From NCBI GenBank assembly GCA_000995965.1, contig LBYD01000002.1, forward strand, positions 7,889 through 71,888: a stretch of DNA of 64,000 nucleotides, in the 5' to 3' direction. Positions 56,201-64,000 of this stretch are shown here, one piece after another. The position numbers and the translations under genes are program-made. The first letter of the stretch is position 1, and each line of letters opens with the position of its first letter. Under the pieces are notes generated by a model. It did not search any database. It was not told the origin of the DNA and saw nothing but the letters and a program-made list of their open reading frames with translations. Source of the stretch: Candidatus Moranbacteria bacterium GW2011_GWC2_40_12. Its GTDB lineage: Bacteria > Patescibacteriota > Minisyncoccia > Moranbacterales > UBA11712.

Positions 56201-57098
56201 CTCCCGGCCAGGGAGAAATCCCGGTCGGAAAACAATGGGTCTCGCCATTGCAGGATGGATGAATAAAAACCGGTACTTCAATGAGTTCCGACATTTCGCC
56301 CGGATTTTTTGGCTGAAGTACCCAGGCCGGACCGCCCAGAATGGCGCTGGCGTTGTCATGAAAAGCAATGATGCAGTTCCTGGGATTAGCTTCGTAAGGC
56401 ATTTTGGCCATCTGCATCAAGGTGTGCGGCATCAGTTTCCCGTCTATTTCAACCAAAGAATTGAAGGTGATATGGACGGAATGATCGGAGCAGGCCAGTT
56501 CCTTGATGGCATAAATTTCTTCTTCCGAAGGATCCCGGAGCAACTCGCGGGCAAAGAGTGCATAAAAGTGGCGCATGGTTGATTCGCTCATGCCCACTTT
56601 ATACTTCTGATTGGCGGCCCGGATAAGATCCAAGTCGCTCCCCCTGACAGGGACGTTAATGAATAGGTTTTGCGCTTCAGGCACATCGAAGGAATTCAAG
56701 GGTGAGGGATATACTTCCTGCAGCAACCGGTCGAAATTTTTTTCCTTCAGAAACTTTTCCGTCGGTTTCTTCTCGGGCTTTATCAAACGGCGGGAAACTT
56801 CCACCCTTGTGATATTTTCGTAGCCGCAGTCTTGAAGCAGATCAACCCCCATTGAGCTGAAACTGGTTTCCCTTCCACGCCTCGGCCCGATTTCAATCAC
56901 ATTCGGCCCTAAATATTTCGGCTCGAGCCGAACTTCCTGCGTTGGATTTTCCTGGAAGCATACTTTGATTCGGTCGAGCTCTTGCCCGGTTAATGGTTTA
57001 GTGGCACCAATATTGAAACAAAGTTCCTCATCAAAACCCAAGGGCACATAAAAATGGTGCACAACGCCCTGTTGGGGAGCATAAAGTCCCATCTCCAC
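53223..57098 (-). CDS. purL: Phosphoribosylformylglycinamidine synthase, large type
   Basis: IEIGPR, F.DN.S, ETH.FPT.I.P.PGA.TG.GG, IHDQGA, E.QER, DRSVTG, GGKDS, G.CNG.Q, YPFNPNGS. Confidence 0.95.
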   Translation of the reverse strand: MEMGLYAPQQGVVHHFYVPLGFDEELCFNIGATKPLTGQELDRIKVCFQENPTQEVRLEPKYLGPNVIEIGPRRGRETSFSSMGVDLLQDCGYENITRVEVSRRLIKPEKKPTEKFLKEKNFDRLLQEVYPSPLNSFDVPEAQNLFINVPVRGSDLDLIRAANQKYKVGMSESTMRHFYALFARELLRDPSEEEIYAIKELACSDHSVHITFNSLVEIDGKLMPHTLMQMAKMPYEANPRNCIIAFHDNASAILGGPAWVLQPKNPGEMSELIEVPVFIHPSCNGETHCFPTGISPWPGAETGIGGDYRDDLAKGRGGNHLYAIAGFCTGNLWIPGYVMPWEKMAPRFRAKNMASPFKIMIEAPGGTWDYGNKYGVPVYQGITRAFGMMMPNGEFYSYYKPIMLAETVGTVRDEHVKKGRAKKGLLLIAIGGKAHKIGFGGGSGSSSGIDDKDKDLFYAVQRGCAGMGHLTWRFIRTCVEKGLGNPLISIHDQGAASILNLFTELVEKAGGIVKIRQVQVGDKTMTVLEILVCEYQERYGMLIHPDHLPLCLKIAAREGCPLEVVGEVTDSGRIVFTDEKTGRNPIDLPIKALRDAVPQETIRDRKPAYLGNPVRIPSGLSLKEAAKNVLRLISVCSKEFHIHRADRSVTGLRILDQTCGKLHLPVSDAAISAMDYGDSFGTASAVGECPNMMMLDPRAGARMTVAEMLLNFSGVLFSDFEDIKMCINWMWPAKGIPGGVAKMYFAMEALKDILIALKIAGYGGKDSSSLYVWLMKQLIKSPETLVLTGNVVVPDKTKFVTPDIKRPGESRLMLIDVANGLRRLGGSAFLQTLGQLGDECPDVDWRKLKGAVLAEQMMISEGLIEASHDCVGDGGLFVNLLEMLMAGDCGAEIDLDHHDVWADLFSQEARKVIEYLPENEALIMAILNHFGVPYVVIGNTTVEKRFIIRYDDRGEIFNESVVDLRYQWRETSYQIEKHRINPKCARAERRNLRRQSAPPYKLTFDPVASPTALRNLEDKPRVAILRAKVSTGDRELAAGFRAAGFAVYDVHVNDLRSGKTSLDFFQVLAPAPGFANEDVFGAGKGVAMMFKWNSGMSRQAEDFFARDDTFFVGTCNGAQSGAWMEVLGLPQVKGFPPLIFVRNESREFESRFSTLEIQKSPSVLFRDMEGSRLGAWVSHKEGQVWLADEATEKYIRDNNLITLVFVDNNGKPTMKYPFNPNGSLDGWIGFCDVTGRHNVMMPHLFDRAFLLRQWPWLPEEFKKLEASPWMKPLQNLYDACVRAKTQKVMAA

Positions 57099-57129
57099 AC
57101 CTTCCTTTCCCTTTCGGGTCGAATTTCGT

Positions 57130-57796
57130 TTACGCCGCTGGCATCAGCAGGCGTTTCAGTTCTTCGGATTCATATTCCACCCGGCCATTGACCAGCCTCA
57201 CCTGTTCGTGGACGACGTAATTCAGCACGCGAGATTGCCAGTAATGCTCATCACGATTCACCCGCTTGGCCAGAGTTTCTACTGTGTCTCCGTCATAAAT
57301 CTGAACAGGCCAGACGAAGAAAATGGGTCCGCGGTCATAGACTTCATCCGCAAAGTGCATGGTGACAGCGCTGTGAGTGATTTCCCCGCGATGATAGGCC
57401 GCCATGACCGCCTCATGAACGAAGTGGCCGTAAAACTTCGGCCCGCTGAATTGCGGCAATGGTCCCGGGTGAATATTGATCGTTCTTGCTGTTTCCAAAC
57501 CAATGACTAATTTCAGCCACCCAGAGAGCATCACGAAGTCTGCTTTGTATTTCCAGACATATCTCTCGTACCCATCAGACATGTAGGGGCCAGGCCAGTA
57601 TTCAAATGGTATCCCCAGCTTCTCGGCCTTTGCCTCAACGCCCCCCCTCCCGATGATTGGAAACCACCGCGACAATAACGGCATCCAGACTCGGCGGAAC
57701 AGACCGCGTCGCATTTACCATAGTCTTAAGTCCCGACCCGCCGCCAGTTTTCGTCCCGGAAGCAAACACCAAAATGTTTGGAAAATCCTTACTCAT
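57130..57796 (-). pseudogene. purN: Phosphoribosylglycinamide formyltransferase, frameshifted in a G7 tract
   Basis: N-part ILVFASG...GSG...VVSNH and C-part INIHPGPLP..YG..VH..HF.DE.YD.GP join if one G is removed at 57641-57647. Confidence 0.88.
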
Positions 57797-57989
57797 GGTA
57801 GTAATCTCCTTTATAATCCTTTCGGAATTTGAATTCAGTCGTTGTATCTTTTCAGCGAGTTCGCTGTTAATCAGAAATTTACGCAATTATTCAGTTTTCA
57901 AAGACCATATCACAAAAAAGACCAGCCCTCCTCTATAGCCAGTCCTCCTTTACATTCAGGCTATCAAATACAAGCTATTATAGCAATCA

Positions 57990-58018
57990 TTGACAAAAAC
58001 CCGGAGAAGTGCTAAAAT
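57990..58018 (+). promoter_or_regulatory. Sigma70 promoter
   Basis: TTGACA-17-TAAAAT. Confidence 0.75.
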
Positions 58019-58153
58019 TTGCTTCAGTTATCGAATTAGGCGTAAGTATCCAAGTATTCATTATATAAGGCATACATAAAGTCGTTCGCCTAAGTTAGAG
58101 CTATTTTGACCCTAAAAAGTCAAGATTATTAACAAGTTAGGCGAAATCAGACA

Positions 58154-58381
58154 ATGGACTATCAAAACAGACCGCAGAGACAGATGCATGATGTATCTTC
58201 TCTCGGACTCAAGTGCACAGAATGCGGCGTGGACATAACGGAACTTCCGTTTGAGCCCACCAAACGCGATGACGACACTTATGGCCGACTCTACTGCCAA
58301 CCCTGCAATCGCAACCGAAGAAAGAGCTTCGGAGGCGGAGGCGGAGGATTCGGCGGCGGCGGTCGAAGAGACCGGTACTAA
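58154..58381 (+). CDS. CxxC-x17-CxxC-like zinc-ribbon protein with RG-rich tail
   Basis: RQMH...CTECG...LPFEP.....LYCQPC; terminator at 58391-58425. Confidence 0.85.
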   Translation: MDYQNRPQRQMHDVSSLGLKCTECGVDITELPFEPTKRDDDTYGRLYCQPCNRNRRKSFGGGGGGFGGGGRRDRY

Positions 58382-58466
58382 ACCGAACTCAAAACAACCT
58401 CGATCAAAAGTCGGGGTTGTTTTTTGTTTGCTTAAATTGCGAGGAAAAGATTACAATAAAATTCAG

Positions 58467-59252
58467 ATGAGCAGAAAATCAAGGAAAATTAATATAATTC
58501 TTGTTATGTTTGCCGCGATCGCCGGGCTGTATTGCATTTTACGCGATAATAAAAACAATATTCCTCAAAAAGAATTCTCTACTCCTCTTTCTAAAGTCCA
58601 AATAGAAGGCCCAAAACCAGCAGAACAGAGCAAACAACCGGAAAAAATACAGCCAACCGAAGAAGAAAAGCCCGCGCCTCAAATCCCCGAAAAATTTCTG
58701 CTCGAAATCCCTTTTTATTCCCAGGCTCCGCTTTCAAAGTGGGACGCTTTTCATGAAGATATGTGCGAGGAAGCCTCGATTCTGAACGCCGCTTATTATC
58801 TCCTAGGCAAAAAACCTTCAAAAGAAGAATACGCAAAAGAACTCCAAAAAATACAAAACGCCGAAATAAAAGAAGTTGGCGAGTGGAAAAGCACGACCAT
58901 CGCCCAGATCAAGAAAGTGTCCGATATATATTTTAAAGGGAAAATAAAGTCAAACATAATTGATAACCCGTCGATTGAGGATATCGAATCTGAAATCGCC
59001 GAAGGAAATCCGGTTGTCGTTCCGCTTGCCGGCCGCGACATAGGAAATCCCAACTTCACTCCTCCGGGGCCGATTTACCACATGCTGACCATCAAGGGAT
59101 ACGACGCCCAAAACTTCATCACCAACGACGTCGGCACTCGCAAAGGAAACTCATATATCTATAAAAAAGAAGTGATTATGGAGAATATGCATGATTGGAG
59201 TGAGAAAGACATACATTCTGGGGAGAAGATGATTTTGGTATTGTATAAATAG
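58467..59252 (+). CDS. Membrane-anchored C39-like cysteine peptidase (paralog 3)
   Basis: IPFYSQAP, CEEAS, YHMLTIKGY, FITNDVG; start taken as ATG 58467. Confidence 0.85.
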   Translation: MSRKSRKINIILVMFAAIAGLYCILRDNKNNIPQKEFSTPLSKVQIEGPKPAEQSKQPEKIQPTEEEKPAPQIPEKFLLEIPFYSQAPLSKWDAFHEDMCEEASILNAAYYLLGKKPSKEEYAKELQKIQNAEIKEVGEWKSTTIAQIKKVSDIYFKGKIKSNIIDNPSIEDIESEIAEGNPVVVPLAGRDIGNPNFTPPGPIYHMLTIKGYDAQNFITNDVGTRKGNSYIYKKEVIMENMHDWSEKDIHSGEKMILVLYK

Positions 59253-59298
59253 AAATTTTCCTATATTATATAAGGAGCTTTATACTTGAAAATACGCT

Positions 59299-60306
59299 AT
59301 GTATTGTTTGGTTGATTTCCGAAACCGTCCCCAATACAAATATACTTTTTCGAAACAAGAAAAAGCACGCGAGTGCCTGAAAAGAATAAAAAACAACCCG
59401 CTGGGTGTGACGGTTTTTTTCGCCGACGGCCGGAGGGAGTATTTTGAGACAGGTATTCCTCAGGGTTTTTTTGCACCGTCAAAAAAAATTATTCAAATTA
59501 AGAAGGGTTGTCATGTGAAATATCAAATTCGCGCAATGAATAACCTCGACGGAGTCCTGAAAAAGCAGTCCCCGTTTGAAACCGCCAGCACTGCCAATTG
59601 GCAAAACAAGTCAGCCCTCTCCCTTTTCATGCTCGGCAACCGAAAAATTTACGCTGGATTGGCTGTCGCCTCGCTTCTCATGTTCGCTTCCTCTTTCTAT
59701 TTCCAAAAGCAATCAACCCAAAGCGCCGCCGCTGTGACAGAAAGTGCCAGCCAAATCGAAGGGCAAGTCGCCGGCGCCGCGGACGCGAAGATAAATGAAG
59801 AAGAAGGCGGCGAATCTTTGAAACTGGCTGATGACGAAATTATTATGAACCTCCTCGGCAAAATCGAAGAAAAAAAACAGGGAGAGTTTGAAGCCGAAAT
59901 TCTGCGCTATATCAAAGGACGGCCGATGGAAGCCATGGCACCCTATATCGCCCAGCAGCCGAGGATGGTCGCCGCTTTCATTGTTGGAATCGCGATGAAA
60001 GAAAGCAAATTCGGAGTTTATGCTCCTCACAGCAATGGACGCGATTGCCTGAACTACTGGGGATACCGCGGACCGGAAAACACAACCGCTTCCGGTTATT
60101 CTTGTTTCGATTCGCCCGAGCACGCCGTCCAAGTGATCGGGAAAAAGATATCGAAACTCGTGGCGCAGGGAATTTCCAATCCGTCCGAGATGATTTCCTG
60201 GAAATGCGGTTCGACTTGCGCGGGCCACGGCGCCGAAAGCGTCCGCAAGTGGATCGCCGATGTGGGAGTGAACTTCTATAAAATAAACTCGAAAGAAAAT
60301 TCGTGA
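59299..60306 (+). CDS. Membrane-anchored protein with lysozyme/glucosaminidase-like domain (paralog 1); start uncertain
   Basis: VGIAMKESKFG...NYWG...GYSCF.SPE.A..WKCG. Confidence 0.7.
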   Translation: MYCLVDFRNRPQYKYTFSKQEKARECLKRIKNNPLGVTVFFADGRREYFETGIPQGFFAPSKKIIQIKKGCHVKYQIRAMNNLDGVLKKQSPFETASTANWQNKSALSLFMLGNRKIYAGLAVASLLMFASSFYFQKQSTQSAAAVTESASQIEGQVAGAADAKINEEEGGESLKLADDEIIMNLLGKIEEKKQGEFEAEILRYIKGRPMEAMAPYIAQQPRMVAAFIVGIAMKESKFGVYAPHSNGRDCLNYWGYRGPENTTASGYSCFDSPEHAVQVIGKKISKLVAQGISNPSEMISWKCGSTCAGHGAESVRKWIADVGVNFYKINSKENS

Positions 60307-60307
60307 A

Positions 60308-60327
60308 ATAGGCTTATATAAGCCTAT
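60308..60327. repeat. Perfect 20-bp palindrome ATAGGCTTATATAAGCCTAT
   Basis: Immediately after the stop codon. Confidence 0.7.
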
Positions 60328-60350
60328 AAAATCCTGCCACAAAATGCCCC

Positions 60351-60379
60351 TTGACGCCACTGCCCGCTTCTGCTAGCAT
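60351..60379 (+). promoter_or_regulatory. Sigma70 promoter
   Basis: TTGACG-17-TAGCAT. Confidence 0.55.
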
Positions 60380-60437
60380 AACCCAAGTCAACAATAAATG
60401 GAGTAGCTATTAGTGCTATTCTTTTTTTGTTGGTTTA

Positions 60438-60607
60438 CCCCGTATATTGTGCAATAGCAAAATATCTTCGGGGCTGCCCGGCAATGTTTCACGGCTGTGA
60501 AACATTTTGCAGGGGCTCGGTCCGTTGGATCCGGCTCGCCGGATCATTCAATTGGGCCTGCAGTCTAAAAGCGGCTCAAAAGTCGATTTAGACGAAGATA
60601 ATTTTTG
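60438..60607 (+). ncRNA. Candidate multi-branch structured leader RNA
   Basis: Closing stem TATCTTCG/CGAAGATA encloses several hairpins. Confidence 0.4.
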
Positions 60608-60618
60608 AAAATTATCCG

Positions 60619-61482
60619 ATGGGTGAATGGAGTAAATCCGCTTTTTATGGGGGGGTTTATACCAAAACTCAAAAAACAGAAAATTGCATAAGTTGCGATA
60701 TAAAATATACTTTTAAATATCGCCAATTCACCGCCCAGCTTGAGAAATTCAGAAACTTTGGGGAAACCGGCTGGGAAAAAACAAAGTATTTTTCAAAGGT
60801 CTATAAAAGAAAACTTCAAAGCCACATCTCAAAGAAGCAGGAAGTCTACCTGCCGGTTTTGATCGCGATCACGCTTCTCGCGCTGGTTTTTGTCTCGAAA
60901 ACCGCTTTTTCAAAAAACATTGATCCAACCAACAATCTTCCAGTTGAGGATATTTATAAAGTAAAGCTGATTGGAACAAACCTCGAAAACAAAACCGGAA
61001 AAATCTGCTCGGGTGAAAATGAGGAATATCAGAAAAATCTGGCCAAGAGCGCTTCGGCGCCGGCCGCAAGCGACCTCAAAGAGGATGTTGAAAAAATCGT
61101 GAAGAACACTCCGATGGCCGCCATGATTGATCCAATTTCCGAAAAAGACCGGACCGTGGCCGCTTTCATCGTTGGAATCGCCATGAAAGAAAGTAAGTTT
61201 GGAGTCTATTCTCCAAAACTTGCCGGACGGGACTGCTACAACTACTGGGGATTCAAGGGAGGCGGAAAAACCGTCGCCGGAGGATACAGCTGTTTTGCTT
61301 CTCCGGAGCAGGCCGTTGACGCGGTCGGCGGAAAAATTGAAAAAATGGTCGCGAAAGGTGTCCGGACTCCCGCTCAAGCCATCTCCTGGAAATGCGGATC
61401 ATCCTGCGCCGGACACGGCGCGGCCAATGTTCAGAAATGGATTTCCGACGTTGCCATAAACTTCTATAAAATCAATTCGTAA
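60619..61482 (+). CDS. Membrane-anchored protein with lysozyme/glucosaminidase-like domain (paralog 2)
   Basis: C-terminal domain highly similar to that of 59299-60306. Confidence 0.75.
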   Translation: MGEWSKSAFYGGVYTKTQKTENCISCDIKYTFKYRQFTAQLEKFRNFGETGWEKTKYFSKVYKRKLQSHISKKQEVYLPVLIAITLLALVFVSKTAFSKNIDPTNNLPVEDIYKVKLIGTNLENKTGKICSGENEEYQKNLAKSASAPAASDLKEDVEKIVKNTPMAAMIDPISEKDRTVAAFIVGIAMKESKFGVYSPKLAGRDCYNYWGFKGGGKTVAGGYSCFASPEQAVDAVGGKIEKMVAKGVRTPAQAISWKCGSSCAGHGAANVQKWISDVAINFYKINS

Positions 61483-61492
61483 TATATCGACA

Positions 61493-61520
61493 GAAAAACG
61501 GCCCGCAAGGGCCGTTTTTC
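61493..61520. terminator. Bidirectional terminator
   Basis: GAAAAACGGCCC-GCAA-GGGCCGTTTTTC. Confidence 0.85.
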
Positions 61521-61566
61521 CTATCCGAAATATGAAGTTATGCATTATGAGTTCTGCGCTCTATGA

Positions 61567-62850
61567 TTAATAATCCTTGAGTTTGTCGACTAATCCGCTT
61601 TCGCGGATTTTGTCGAGGGCCTTGGCTTCAATCTGCCGGATGCGCTCGCGCGTGACGCCGAATTCATGGCCCACTTCTTCCAGCGTGTGTGTCACTCCGT
61701 CTTCAAGCCCGAAACGGATTTTGAGAATTTTCTGCTCGCGGGGCGTCAAGTCTTTCAGTACCAGCTCCACATGGTCAGCTAGTAGTTTTCTGGCTGCGCT
61801 TTGATGCGGCATGACCGTTTCTGTGTCCTCAATGAAATCGCCGAGAATGCTATCATCTTCACTATCGCCAACGGGAGTTTCAATGGAAACTGTTTCCTGC
61901 GAAATCTTCATGATGTGGCGCACTTTTTCGACTTCAATCCCCATTTCTGCCGCGATTTCTTCCGGAAGCGGATCGCGTCCCAGATCCTGGACAAGACGCC
62001 GCGTAGCTTGAGTATATTTATTGATAGTCTCAACCATATGCACAGGTATTCGGATAGTTCGAGACTGGTCGGCAAGAGCTCTAGTGATGGCTTGACGTAT
62101 CCACCAAGTGGCATAGGTCGAAAACTTATATCCTTTTCGATAATCAAATTTTTCCACCGCCCGGAAAAGTCCGATGTTGCCCTCCTGGATAAGGTCAAGG
62201 AGCGATAGATTCGTGCTGCGTCCGACATATTTCTTTGCGATAGAAACCACGAGCCGCAAATTAGCTTCGGTGAGCTTTTGTTTGGCGGCTAAATCCCCTC
62301 TTTCGTTTCTTTTTGCCAGTTGCACTTCTTCCTCACCCTTAAGAAGCGGAACCCGGCCGATTTCCCGAAGATACATCTGGACAGAATCGGAAGAAATATC
62401 GCCAAGATCCAGCGGGACATCCATATCTTCAACTTTTTTATCCTTGTCGTCCTCATGTTCAGCCTCTTCTTTGATCACTTCATCGGAGCTCACTATTTTC
62501 ACGCCGGACTTTTCCAGTTTTTCATAAAGTTTCTCGAGCTGGGCCACATTTTTCTCTACCTCCGGAATAATCTGAAGAATTTCATCCTCCGTAACGAATC
62601 CTCTCTGTTTTCCGAGTTTCACGAACTCGATCAAGCTTCCTTTTCCCGTTGGCTCTTCTTCCTTTCCCTTTTTGGCCGGTTTCTTGGAAGAAGCAGCCTT
62701 GGAAACACGGCTCCGCTGCTGCGCGAGCTTCTTTTGTTTCTTTTTCTTCGCGGCTCTTTTTTTCAGCTTTCCCATCGACATTATTTTCTTTCCAGATTTT
62801 TTCTTGGCGAATCTCTTTTTTACCATCTTTTTTTTCTTCTTCTTTGGCAT
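61567..62850 (-). CDS. rpoD: Primary sigma factor RpoD
   Basis: [55 protein letters not shown]. Confidence 0.98.
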   Translation of the reverse strand: MPKKKKKKMVKKRFAKKKSGKKIMSMGKLKKRAAKKKKQKKLAQQRSRVSKAASSKKPAKKGKEEEPTGKGSLIEFVKLGKQRGFVTEDEILQIIPEVEKNVAQLEKLYEKLEKSGVKIVSSDEVIKEEAEHEDDKDKKVEDMDVPLDLGDISSDSVQMYLREIGRVPLLKGEEEVQLAKRNERGDLAAKQKLTEANLRLVVSIAKKYVGRSTNLSLLDLIQEGNIGLFRAVEKFDYRKGYKFSTYATWWIRQAITRALADQSRTIRIPVHMVETINKYTQATRRLVQDLGRDPLPEEIAAEMGIEVEKVRHIMKISQETVSIETPVGDSEDDSILGDFIEDTETVMPHQSAARKLLADHVELVLKDLTPREQKILKIRFGLEDGVTHTLEEVGHEFGVTRERIRQIEAKALDKIRESGLVDKLKDY

Positions 62851-62996
62851 ACCCAGTGGTGAAAATTTGACTCTAAGCTGCTGACAGTCAAATTCCTAAT
62901 CAATATTTAATAAATCAAAAAAATTTTTATCACATTATTTTGCGAAAGTCAGTCAAACTCCTGCTGCCGGACACAACAAAAATGATAAATGACAAA

Positions 62997-64000
62997 CTAT
63001 TCTCCAGGCTGGCTCGACAAATCTTGGAATTCCTGAAGCAGAGCTTTTGCTGTTTTTTTATCGCCGGCTTTCTCTGCTTCCTTTATTTTTTTTGAAAATT
63101 CAGCCCTGCTTTCCCTAATCATCATATTTCTTTGCCTTTTCAGGGCTTCTTTGAGATCCTCCTCTGGAAAAGTAATCCCGTTCTCATCTCTCTCTACTTC
63201 AACTTCAAAGACAGCCTCATCAATCAGCCTCTGAGCTTCGAAATCAAAAACTAAGCTTTTTATTTTTTCAGAATTTTTCTCTTGTCCCTCTTTTTTCAGC
63301 TTTTCGATTATCCTTCTTTCTGTCTCGCCTGAAAAGTTGTTCGGATTGATAGTCTCCCTTTGTTTATCCGTCTCTCCGGGAAAAACGAATAAGAGTCCAA
63401 TTATTCTTCTTTCCACCGCTTTTTCTTTTCCCGCACTCTGCAAAATAGCGTTCTCTTTTCCCCTGATAGCCGGCTTTGGTTCGCTCCTTGCCTTTTTCAA
63501 AATTTCCACAAGCGCTGATTCTCCAACGCCAAGCTTTTCGGCGAGCGTTTTGATCCAGTGCCCCTTTTCAACGGGGTTGGCGATATCTTTTATGACATTC
63601 AAAAGTTCTTTGGCAATTTTTTTCTTATCGGACGACTTTTTTGGATCGTGACGCGAGAAGGCGTCTTCAAAAAAATACTCAACAACTTCCCGAGCCCCTT
63701 CAACTGACATTTTCCAAACTGCTTTGTCTTCCCGGACAATATCTGCCGCGTCCTTCTCTTTGGGTAGCAGCACTATTCTAACATTCAAATCATTCTCGAG
63801 GCAAACGCGGGCACTTTTTCTGGCCGCCGCCTGTCCAGCTGGGTCCATGTCAAAAGCCATCTTGATGTTTTCCGTGTAGCGTTTGATAACTTTTATCTGC
63901 TCCGGGCCGAAAGCCGTTCCGGAAACCGCTATCGTGTTTTGGAATCCCGCTTGCTGTGAAGCGATCACGTCCATGTTGCCTTCAACTAATACGACTTCAT
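62997..64000 (-). CDS. dnaG: DNA primase, 5'-partial
   Basis: TOPRIM VEGNMDVI, GTA, FDMD.AG, KD.AD; directly upstream of rpoD. Confidence 0.95.
   Translation of the reverse strand, partial: EVVLVEGNMDVIASQQAGFQNTIAVSGTAFGPEQIKVIKRYTENIKMAFDMDPAGQAAARKSARVCLENDLNVRIVLLPKEKDAADIVREDKAVWKMSVEGAREVVEYFFEDAFSRHDPKKSSDKKKIAKELLNVIKDIANPVEKGHWIKTLAEKLGVGESALVEILKKARSEPKPAIRGKENAILQSAGKEKAVERRIIGLLFVFPGETDKQRETINPNNFSGETERRIIEKLKKEGQEKNSEKIKSLVFDFEAQRLIDEAVFEVEVERDENGITFPEEDLKEALKRQRNMMIRESRAEFSKKIKEAEKAGDKKTAKALLQEFQDLSSQPGE

Noticed and set aside
58251-58466. N-terminal extension of the third C39 ORF
   Set aside because: Overlaps the zinc-ribbon gene and its terminator; the TM-led start at 58467 matches the paralogs
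1-64000. CRISPR array, DGR, integron or IS element
   Set aside because: No regularly spaced repeats, cas, reverse transcriptase, integrase or transposase ORF recognised; the palindromes are dispersed
1-64000. Alternative genetic code or selenoproteins
   Set aside because: Many intact genes end in TGA or TAG, msrA/msrB use Cys, and in-frame stops are isolated

Overview
Chromosomal window from a small-genome bacterium, most likely Patescibacteria/CPR (Parcubacteria, Moranbacteria-like). This is inferred from the CPR-typical C39-like peptidases, PsbP-like surface proteins, orphan PEP-utilising protein, Lys-rich RpoD and mostly A-rich SD-less leaders. TGA is used as stop (code 11). The window carries oxidative-stress genes (tspO, msrA, msrB), envelope genes (murJ, lgt, three C39-like peptidases, two lysozyme-like paralogs) and nucleotide genes (pyrE/F/H, purH/M/L, frameshifted purN, a possible purD remnant). 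It also has argG, copA, a two-component pair, an ECF sigma factor, rpoD and the 3' part of dnaG. No rRNA, tRNA, CRISPR array, integrase, transposase or reverse transcriptase was recognised. Most notable: (i) a duplicated ~340-bp module (palindrome - 57-aa AbrB/MazE-like gene missed by the ORF track - palindrome - divergent promoter) inside a repeated scaffold with different cargo; (ii) about 20 dispersed non-terminator palindromes in recurring families, one in-frame within a gene; (iii) three membrane-anchored paralogs sharing an unrecognised C-terminal CCxDPDE[WY]PNPxCxY module; (iv) four candidate structured RNAs; (v) lesions concentrated in biosynthetic and SD-led genes. All calls come from reading the sequence by eye; no searches were run.
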